64,000 bases of DNA, taken from NCBI RefSeq assembly GCF_035594765.1, contig NW_026943819.1, forward strand, positions 17,720,703-17,784,702. The letters run 5' to 3'. The notes beneath the pieces are model-generated. The model did no database searches, was not told the DNA's origin, and worked only from the letters and a program-made list of their open reading frames with translations. The stretch is from Anolis carolinensis. Taxonomy: Eukaryota. Below, piece by piece: positions 1-9,449 of this stretch. The position numbers and the translations under genes were made by a program. Position 1 is the stretch's first letter. Every line of letters begins with the position of its first letter.

Positions 1-152
1 TCGGGTTGCTAGGTCAGCAACGAGCAGGGGCTATTTTTTATTTTTTATTGACGGCTGCTCACCCCACCACGGGCTGGCCTCGAACTCATGACCTCCTGGT
101 CAGAGTGATTTATTGCAGCAGGCTGCTTTACCAGCCTGCGCCACAGCCCGGC
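1..152 (-). mobile_element. 5' part of the tRNA/L2-tail SINE
   Basis: Reverse complement of ~14740-14890. Confidence 0.75.
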
Positions 153-789
153 CCCCATTACTTTGACGATCATGGCCATGCAGGGCATAAGACTGGAGTG
201 GACTCCTCTAAGGATGAAATATGCACAGCCATCCCTCCATAGTTGCCTTTTTGACTTCTGCAGATTTTATTAAAATGTTCTATGAATTGTCTAGGTCCTT
301 CAGTGTGAGTCTATGGTCAACTTCCTTCAGCCATGCTAGAAGATCTAGAAATCTCTACAAAGAACACCTCTCTGGGAATCTCTAGGTCCTCCAGTGCAAT
401 TCAATGTTCAGTTTCCTGCAGAAGTTGACCATAGAACAGTGTTTCCCAACCTTTGGCCCTCCAGATGTTTTGGACTTCAGTTCCCACAATTTCTAAGAGC
501 TTGTAAACTGGCTCAAAGGTTGGGAACCTTTCCCATAGAGCCATACTAGAGAGGTATTCTCTGAGATTAAAAAACATCGCAATTTCTTTATTTTCACTTT
601 TACTGGGTTTTGTGCCCATAACTCCAGTTAATATGAAAAGCTCCCTTTACAGTTCATTGAATGAGATGCAACTGTCATTGGAAGTCCTGTCTTGAGGTGG
701 AGACTTGCTCGACTACTTTTGCCATGCAAGACCACTTTCATACCAACAGACGGGAAAGTGTCCTGACCATGGAAGGTGGAAAGATAAGC

Positions 790-1010
790 CGGGCCGGGCT
801 GTGGCGCAGGCTGTTGAGCAACCAGCTGCAACAAATCACTCTGACCAAGAGGTCATGAGTTCGAGGCCAGCTCGGAGCCCCGTGTTTGTCTCTGTCTCTG
901 TTCTATGTCATGGCATTGAATGTTTGCCTTTATGTGTGCAATGTGATCCGCCCTGAATCCCCTTTGGGGTGAGAAGGGCAGAATATAAATACTGTAAATA
1001 ATAAAATAAT
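790..1010 (+). mobile_element. Internally deleted copy of the same tRNA/L2-tail SINE
   Basis: Head and tail shared with 14740-15400 and 6471-6700. Confidence 0.75.
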
Positions 1011-1527
1011 AAACAATAATAAGCCCTTCCTTTACTAATAGTATTTTCTTTTTTTTATTTCCTTTTCTAGAAAAATCACAAGAAGCCACGGAGAAGATCA
1101 GTCCCTTGCCCGGACATTTTGATTCTTGAACTTTGCTTTGCATTTCTTTAAACCCATCCATATGTCTCTGTGTGCTTTACAGATTGCCTTTCTTGTTCAC
1201 ATCTGATGCTGAAGTCTGCATTCCTATTCGCTATGGGTTCATTCAGGAAGAATTCCATTGTTTTTAACACTGTGTCATGAACTCATAAAAGTAATTGCTT
1301 CCACCTTAGAGTCATGTAACTCTACCTTTTTTTTTTTTCTTTTGGGCAAATAGGAGAAAATGAAGTTTAAATAGGGGTGCTTTGATTTTGCTTTTCCTCC
1401 ACGGCAAGGGGTTGGACTAGATGGCCCATGTGGTCTCTTCCAACTCTATTCCTCTATGATTCTATGAAGTTGAAGATCCAATTAATCCAGGACTGTTTTG
1501 CATATATATGCTTTTTCCAATGGACAG

Positions 1528-1529
<2 letters not shown>

Positions 1530-1573
<44 letters not shown>
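1530..1573. repeat. (TAA)n microsatellite (LINE tail)
   Basis: Direct reading; similar tracts at ~9296-9328, ~14953-14997 and ~25403-25423. Confidence 0.9.
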
Positions 1574-1577
<4 letters not shown>

Positions 1578-2296
1578 TATTTATATACCGCCCTATCTCC
1601 CGGATGGGACTCAGGACGGTTTCCAGTCATAAAAACAACACAAACATTACATAACAAACATAATAACACATAATTAAGCAAAGTAAAAATACAATTATAG
1701 AAATAAATAACACTTACATGACCTGATCAAGGGGACGGGAACCATAAACCCAATATATTAAAATGTATCATTTTAAGTTAGAGAAATCTTGTGCAATATA
1801 TTCAGGCCCAGAAATCGGCAGTATGCTTGCTTCCTATCTGTATAGAAGCTGGTCGTATTCATCAAGTATCTGTTGTAAAGTTAATTAAAACTTTTATGTT
1901 GATAATTCCTGCTTGCTTTATTGCTTTCTATTGGTCCTTCCATGGTATTAATGAGGATTACCTCTTTAAATAGCCTTTGTTGATTTTCCCAGTGTTTCTG
2001 AGTATATATTTGACTCGCTGATTCCAAAAATGGCACCAGTTTTTCCCTATCAGCTCTAATTTTTGAGATACAGAACATTTACAACATACCAGTCATCATC
2101 TGCTCACCCAGAGAAAAACATCATAACCATATCTAAGAAACGAGGACTGATGGGGTCAATCTGATGCGGTTTTCTGAATCAAGGCCCCAAATAACCCCAG
2201 GTACAGGACTAGGAAAAAATTGGTTGGGGTGTGTAATAAATATTTTATATTATGCCAAGATAAAGGAATCTTAATAGACTACAGATAGGAAAAATG

Positions 2297-2850
2297 TTGG
2301 GTTGCTGTGAGTTTTCCGGGCTGTCTGGCCATGTTCCAGAAGCATTCTCTCCTGACGTTTCACCCACATCTATGGTAGGCATCCTTTGAGGTTGTGAGGT
2401 GTTGGAAACTAGGCAAGTGGGGTTTATATATCTGTGGAATAATGTCTGGGGTGGGAGAAAGAACTCGTCTGTTCGAGGCAAGTGTGAATGTTGCAATTGG
2501 TCCGCTTGATTAGCACTGAAAAGCCTTGCAGCGTCAAAGCCTGGCTGCTTCCTGCCTGGGGGAATCCTTTGTTGGGCGGTGATAGCTGGCCCTGGTTGAT
2601 TCATGTCTGCAGTTCCCATTTTCTGAGTGTTGTTTTTTATTTACTGTCCTAATTTTAGAGTATTTTTTAATACTGGTAGCCAGATTTTGTTCATTTTCAT
2701 CGTTTCCTCCTTTCTGTTGAAATTGTCCACATCCTTGTAGATTTCAGTGGCTTCTAGGTAGTCTGACATGGTGCTTATCAGAGTGGTCCAGCATTTCAGT
2801 GTTTTCAAATAATATGCTGTGTCCAGATTTGTTCATCAAGTGCTCTGTTA
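2297..2850 (-). mobile_element. Degenerate Penelope 3' fragment
   Basis: Similar to 28751-29280; hammerhead core mutated. Confidence 0.85.
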
Positions 2851-3039
2851 TTCCTAACCGGTTGTTAGGAATTGTGGGAGTTGAAGTCCAAAACACCTGG
2901 AGGGCCGAAGTTTGCTCGTGCCTGCATCTAGTGGACGACTGAGGTGTTTTTGGACTTCAGCTCCCAGAAGCCCTGGTGATTAGCCAACGCAGCGGAGGCT
3001 TCTGGGAGTTGAAGTCCAAAACTCAAAGGAAGACAATCC

Positions 3040-3290
3040 TTGAGCCGGGGAGTGGGCGGGGCCGGCTAGGAGTAGGCGGAGCGCCTTGTGGCCAATGAGC
3101 GGCCGCAGGAGCGTGGCTAAAAGGGCCCAGCAGCAGCGGAAGGGGCGTGGCCAGCTGTGGTGCTCATTGAATTGGGTCCCTCCTTGCTGGCTTTTTGCCG
3201 CAGCCTCCGTCCAGATCCGTCGAGCTGGCTTTTCCCTGAGCCTTGGAGATGGGCCGGTGACCTCCTCCCCTAAGAGGTGAGTAAGAAGGT
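3040..3290 (+). promoter_or_regulatory. GC-rich promoter and probable non-coding first exon of FAM118B
   Basis: CpG-rich patch with GC boxes (GGGCGGG ~3054, GGGGCGTGGC ~3142), CCAAT ~3092, and strong donors GAG|GTGAGT (3276/3277) and AAG|GTGAGT (3288/3289). It is the only CpG-rich promoter-like region upstream of the first coding exon (acceptor at 15632). Confidence 0.7.
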
Positions 3291-3409
3291 GAGTGGTACG
3301 AACCTCCTCGGATTGAAGATGGAGCTTTCTTTTCTCCCTCCCACTCTCTTCCTTTCTTTCCCTCCTTTCTCTTTCTGTCTTTCCTTCCTCCCTTCCCCTC
3401 ATACACATG

Positions 3410-4616
3410 TCGCCTAGCAACAGCCAATCTGCTTCCCTCCCTTCCTTTTGTCAGTCATGTCACCCAAGGGCCACTTCACCCAGCCACAGCTAATCTGCTT
3501 CTCTCCCTTCCTTTTCCCAGTCATGTCACCCAGGAGACTCTTCATCTAGCAACAACCAATCTGCTCGTTTCCTATTCCTAGTCATGTCATCCAAGGGCCA
3601 CTTCACCTAGCAACAACCAATCTGCTTCTCTCCCTTATCCCAGTCATGTCACCCAAGGGCCACTTCACCTAGCTGCAAACAGTCTGTTTCTCTCCCTTCC
3701 TTATCCCACTCATGTCACCCAAGGGCCACTTCACCCAGCCACAGCTAATCTGCTTCTCTCCCTTCCTTTTCCCAGTCATGTCACCCAGGGGACTCTTCAT
3801 CTAGCAACAACCAATCTGCTCGTTTCCTATTCCTAGTCATGTCATCCAAGGGCCACTTCACCTAGCAACAACCAATCTGCTTCTCTCCCTTATCCCAGTC
3901 ATGTCACCCAAGGGCCACTTCACCTAGCTGCAAACAGTCTGTTTCTCTCCCTTCCTTATCCCACTCATGTCAGCCAAGGACCACTTCACCTAGCAACAGA
4001 CAATCTGTTTCTCTCCCTTCCTTATCCCACTCATGTCACCCACTTCACCTAGCAACAGACAATCTGTTTCTCGCACTTCCTTATCCTAGTCATGTCACCC
4101 AAGGGCCACTTCACCTAGCAACAGTGATCTGCTCCTTTCCTTATCCTAATCATGTCACCCAAGGGCCACTTCACCTAGCAACCGTGATCTGCTCCTTTCC
4201 TTATCCTAGTCATGTCACCTAAGGGCCACTTCACCTAGCAACAGTGATCTGCTCCTTTCCTTATCCTAATCATGTCACCCAAGGGCCACTTCACCTAGCA
4301 ACCGTGATCTGCTCCTTTCCTTATCCTAATCATGTCACCCAAGGGCCACTTCACCTAGCAACCGTGATCTGCTCCTTTCCTTATCCTAGTCATGTCACCT
4401 AAGGGCCACTTCACCTAGCAACAGTGATCTGCTCCTTTCCTTTTCCCAGTCATGTTACCCAAGGGCCACTTCACCTAGCAACAGTGATCTGCTCCTTTCC
4501 TTTTCCTAGTCATGTCACCCAAGGCCCACTTCACCCAGCCACAGCCAATCTGCTTCTCTCCCTTTTCCCAGTCACGTTACCCAAGGGCCACTTCACCTAG
4601 CCACAATCAATCTGTT
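3410..4616. repeat. Minisatellite, 60-66-bp unit, about 19-20 copies
   Basis: Unit AGTCATGTCACCCAAGGGCCACTTCACCTAGCAACAGTGATCTGCTCCTTTCCTTATCCT; exact 60-bp period at ~4080-4500; 255-bp higher-order repeat (3481 vs 3736). Confidence 0.95.
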
Positions 4617-5317
4617 TTGTCCCCCCCCTTCAATTCTGGATCCAAAAGGATTTCCTCACCGATTCTAGTTCGAACCCCTCAGTTATTTTAAGTTGAACCA
4701 TGTGCCTAGTTTGGTTGAGATCTATCAAGCCTTGCAGGAGCTTCTGTAGCACAAACAACCAACAACCACATACATATATACCTGGCCTGATAGATAGATA
4801 AATGTCTATTAAGTCTTCATTTGAATGCATGCTTGCCTTGCTGGAAGTCCCATCAAACTCCTTCTCCATTTCATAAAATTAGCCATGTTAGGGTCATCCC
4901 TCCCCCCGTCCCCCATCCCCAATCAAGATAATATAGTATTCTGGTTCCTTGAAGATTAAACAGATTTACTGTCATTATTGTATTAAAAGTAAGCAAGTAA
5001 GTAAAGTATTAAAAGGTTTCAGCCAATTTAGATCTGAATGCCAGGGCATTCAAACTAGCCCTATAGGCCATCTGGGAAATCAAGCTTTTTTGGATTCTGT
5101 AAAAATCCACAATATTATAGTTGGAAAAAATTGTGGCTGTCTTACTGTCCTGTACTGCATCGCCCATTGCGCTGCTGACTGGTGATGATGGAAGTTGCAA
5201 TCCAGCCACATCCAAAGTGCCAAAGGTTCTCCACCCCTAGTGTTGCGCTATGGGACACATTTATCTTCTGAGAACAACAGGTTGTATTGATGCTTCCCTT
5301 GGAAGTATGTGTATATA

Positions 5318-5394
5318 CAGGGTGTTTGAAAAAGAACTCCCTAGTTTTAAGTATAATTACATTAAAACCAGGGAGTTTTTTTTCAAACACCCTG
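5318..5394. mobile_element. ~77-bp hairpin mariner MITE (MADE-like)
   Basis: TA-CAGGGTGTTTGAAAAA...TTTTTCAAACACCCTG-TA. Confidence 0.75.
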
Positions 5395-5450
5395 TATAGA
5401 CTTTGAGATTTATTGGAATATATATATATATATTTACACACACACACATA

Positions 5451-5754
5451 CAGTAGAGTCTCAACTTATCCAACATAAACGGGCCGGCAGAACGTTGGAT
5501 AAGCGAATATGTTGGATAATAAGGAGGGATTAAGGAATAGCCTATTAAACATCAAATTAGATTAAGATTTTACAAATTAAGCACCAAAACCTCATGTTAT
5601 ACAACAAATATAGAAAAAAAGTAGTTCAATACGCAGTAATGTTATGTTGTAATTACTGTATTTACGAATTTAGCACCAAAATATGATGTATTGAAAACAT
5701 TGGCTACAAAATGCGTTGGATAATCCAGAACGTTGGATAAGTGAGACTCTACTG
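5451..5754. mobile_element. Tc1/mariner (Tigger/pogo-like) MITE
   Basis: TIR CAGTAGAGTCTCA..TTATCC / GGATAAGTGAGACTCTACTG with TA TSD; four copies in the window. Confidence 0.88.
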
Positions 5755-5838
5755 TATGTATATGTATATGGGATAAAATTACTTTTTCAAAGCATTTTTA
5801 TACCCGTTCCTTGTCAGACTGTATATATACTTCAATAA

Positions 5839-6286
5839 AAAGGTAAAGGTTAACGTCAGGGGAAACCTTTACCTTTTTTTGAAGTATTTATACAATCTGA
5901 CAAGGAACGGGTTTAAAAATGCTTTGAAAAAGTAATTTTATCCCAGATACATATATATATATATATAGTCCAATAAATCTCAAAGTCTATCTCAAAGTCC
6001 AGTCGTGTCCGACTCTGGGGGTTGGTGCTCATCTCCATTTCTAAGTCAAAGAGCCGGCGTTGTCCATATACACCTCCAAGGTCATGTGGCCGGCATGACT
6101 GCATGAACCGCCGTTACATTCCCGCCAGAGCGGTACCTATTGATCTACTCACATTTGCATGTTTTCAAATTGCTAGGTTGGCAGGAGCTGGGGCTAACAG
6201 CGGGCGCTCATTCCGCTTCTGGGATTTGAACCTGGGACCTTTCGGTCCGCAACTTCAGCAGCTCAGCGCTTTAACACACTGTGCCC
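5839..6286 (-). mobile_element. Sauria SINE with rearranged 3' end
   Basis: tRNA-like head, (ACCTTT)n tail, TSD TATATACTTCAATAA at 5824-5838 and 6287-6301. Confidence 0.85.
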
Positions 6287-6470
6287 TATATACTTCAATA
6301 ATGATAATAATAATACACTCGTATTAGAGTGGCTACCTCCTGATGTCCTCAGAGTCGTGTTCACCTATGTAGTATTCATGATTCATTTAAAGCTATTGAG
6401 ATAGATAGTACACATATCCCTTTGGATCAGAACTACTTTTTCATAGTATTTATCAACCCATTCTGTGCTA

Positions 6471-6700
6471 GGCCAGGGCTGTGGCGCAGGCTGGAGAGCA
6501 AGCCAGCTGCAACCAGCTGCAATGAATCACTCTGACCAGGAGGTCATGAGTTCGAGGCCCGCTCGGAGCCTGTGTTTGTCTTGTCTTTGTTCTATGTTAA
6601 AAGGCATTGAATGTTTGCCTATATATGTAATGTGATCCACCCTGAGTCCCCTTGAGAGAAGGGCGGAATATAAATGCTGTAAATAAATAAATAAATAAAT
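6471..6700 (+). mobile_element. Internally deleted copy of the tRNA/L2-tail SINE
   Basis: As for 790-1010. Confidence 0.75.
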
Positions 6701-8108
6701 AGATTGTTCATATACTTCCATTTAATGATAACAATACTCTTATTAGGGTGGCTACTCTCTGTATAGGCTCAAAGGCCTGTTCACCTATACACCACTAATG
6801 AGTCAGATGATGCTTTCTTGGAGGACACTTCCCAGTCTAGGAAATGAGAGGAAATAAAAGAAAAAGCTGGCCAATCCTTGACCGGAGCAGGAAATATACG
6901 GCTTGACTGGGACTCTGGGCACAATGAGAAATGAAAGGTGTGTTCACTTCCTCCTAAACATTGCAGGTCCAGCCTCGGTTAGATTCATAGTAAAAATGCA
7001 TGAGCATTGGATCCAGTGAGTGTCTGAAAGCGGGATTTCCTGTAATCACACCAAAGGTTATCAGTTCAATGGCACAGGAGCATTTCCACCTCCTTGTTTA
7101 TTAACCCAGCTGTGTTTTGGGGAGCAGGGACTTTGAGCAACAGGACACGCCGACAGCCTGCTTTGAGGAATTTATATGAGGGCACGCCATTTCCCTAGTG
7201 TGGCTTTGAAACTATTTACTGCAAAACCCCACCCAGCCACAGAAAAGCTCAGTCTTATTTTTTTCCCCCTCGACACGGTTATATATTCCAGTTTCTGAAT
7301 CCAGATTATCTGCTGTGAACTGGATTATATGACATCCAGTTCACATATCATCCAGTTCAAAACAGATAATCTGGATTCAGAAACTGGATTATAGGACAGT
7401 GTAGATCTAGCCTTGGAAATTCCAAAGGAAAAAGATGGCTCTGTGTCTGGGGAAAGTTCCTTTTTCTGGATTGCAGCACCCAGAATCCCACAAACAGCGT
7501 GATCACTGCAGGTTTTCTCCCATTATCTCTTTGCTTGACTACTCTTTGTGCAAATTTTGAAATGGGAAAAGAAGGTTCCAAAAATATATCCAGCTCTGGC
7601 TAACATGTCCATTTTAATAGGCAACTATAGTGTTTTTTTTCTAAAGAAGATAAATTGAAATGTGATAGAAGTAGGCTAGTAAATGAGTAAATCAACAATA
7701 GTGAGTAGGGATCACTTCTCAGTAATGAGAAATTAAGTCTCTAGAAGTAAATGATCAAATGAGATACTAGCTTTTTGTGAGATTGTGTCATAGGCAAGGA
7801 TAACTCAATCTATTCCCCTCTGTTTAGTCGAGGTACTTTGTAAAATGAATACCATAATTCACACTTTCCTATGGCCCCCAGTTTGGCAGGGAGTGCTACA
7901 GTTAAACCATCTGTTTTCCCACTTTTGGCCTGCTTTTAAGATATCTCAGTATTTCTTTCCACTTTCCCCTCTTTGTTCTCAGCTTACTTCAATAGCTACA
8001 AGTGAGTTGAAAGTGCAAAATAGTTTGTGCTCAGTTAGCTCCTCTTGTTCTTATGAGATTCCTGGGTATCGTGGAATACATAAATGTGGACTATGTGTTG
8101 CTCTACAC

Positions 8109-8442
8109 CAGTGGTTCTCAACCTTCCTATTGCCACAACCCCTTAATACATTTCCTCATGTTGTGATCCCCAGCTATAAAATTATTTTTGTCGCCACATC
8201 ATAACTGTAATTTTGCTACTATTATGAATTGTAATGCAAATATCTGATATGCAGGATGTATTTTCATTTACTGTACCAAATTTGGCACAAATACCTAATA
8301 TGCCCAAATTTGAATACTAATGGTGTTGTGGGGGGGATAGATATGGTCATTTGGGAGTTGTAGTTGCTGGGATTTATAGTTAACCTACAATCAAAGAGCA
8401 TTCTGAACTCCACCAATGATGGAGATGATGGTTGAGAAATTG
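8109..8442. mobile_element. SPIN/URR1-like hAT MITE
   Basis: TIR CAGTGGTTCTCAACC...GGTTGAGAAATTG; 8-bp TSD CTCTACAC; interior resembles URR1/SPIN non-autonomous elements as I recall them. Confidence 0.8.
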
Positions 8443-8450
8443 CTCTACAC

Positions 8451-9293
8451 CAGGGGTCCTCAAACTTTTAAAGCAGAGGGCCGGTCCACAATCCTTCAGA
8501 CTGTTGAGGGGCCGAATTATCATTTGAAAAAAAAAACCAAAAAACAAATTCCTATGCACACTGCACATATCTTATTTGTAGTGCAAAACAACAACAATAA
8601 ACAATGAAAGACCAATACAATATTTAAAAATGAAAATAATTTTAACCAATATAAATCTATCAGGATTTCAATAGGAAGTGTGGGCCTCCTTCTGGCCAAT
8701 GAGATAGTCAGGTTAATTAGGATTGTTGTTGTTGTGTGTCTTCAAGTTATTTCAGACTCTGGGCAAGCCTAAGTCCAAAATAATTTATTTATTCATTTAC
8801 TACATTTATTTATTACATTTATATCCCACCCTTCTCACCCCGAAGGGAATTCAGAGCAGCTGTATGTACATACAATATATTATATTATTAGCATAGCACA
8901 ATATTAGCATTATATATTACTATATTGAACTATACCGCTATACTATAATATTATATGTAATATATAACATCTAATTAATATTATTATATGGTATTATTAT
9001 TAGTATTCTATTGTATAAAATGATAATATTATTATCAATATCATATGTATATTAACTGTGAAATTACCTTTCTCCATTTTGGTACTTTCTGCACTTTGCC
9101 CGGGATCTATGAATTTAGTCTCCTGATTTTAACATTATATGATTCATGTTGATTTTAATGATTGTTTTTACTGATGTTGATGTTTTTATTGGGATAATTG
9201 TGTTATGGCTTTGTGATTGATATTTGATTGTTTTATCGGGCTAGGTCCCATGTAAGCCGCCCCGAGTCCCCGCGGGGTATAAAAATAAAGTAG

Positions 9294-9330
<37 letters not shown>

Positions 9331-9449
9331 CAATCTATTATATTATTAAAACTGATATAAAAATATTATATTATAAATGAGGGCAGCGGCCAGGTAAATG
9401 ACCTTGGAGGGCCACATCCGGCCCCTGGGCCTTAGTTTGAGGACCCCTG
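8451..9449. mobile_element. OC1/Charlie-like hAT MITE with nested L2 3' fragment
   Basis: TIR CAGGGGTCCTCAAACT...AGTTTGAGGACCCCTG; TSD CTCTACAC at 8443-8450 and 9450-9457. Confidence 0.85.

Noticed and set aside
1428-1673. ORFs with poly-Ile or poly-His runs (also 13914-14139, 14870-15115)
   Set aside because: They are translations of (TAA)n and (GAT)n microsatellites.
2980-3427. Minus-strand ORFs at the FAM118B promoter as RPUSD4 exon 1
   Set aside because: They are low-complexity translations of a purine/pyrimidine tract with no pseudouridine-synthase similarity.
3410-4616. Regular ~60-bp repeats resembling a CRISPR array
   Set aside because: There are no unique spacers (whole units are repeated), no cas genes, and the context is a vertebrate intron; it is a minisatellite.
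5594-5604. GTTATACAA D-box-like motif within the Tigger-like MITE copies
   Set aside because: It is part of the repeat consensus, present in all copies, with no evidence of regulatory use; it also shows this 9-mer alone is weak evidence.
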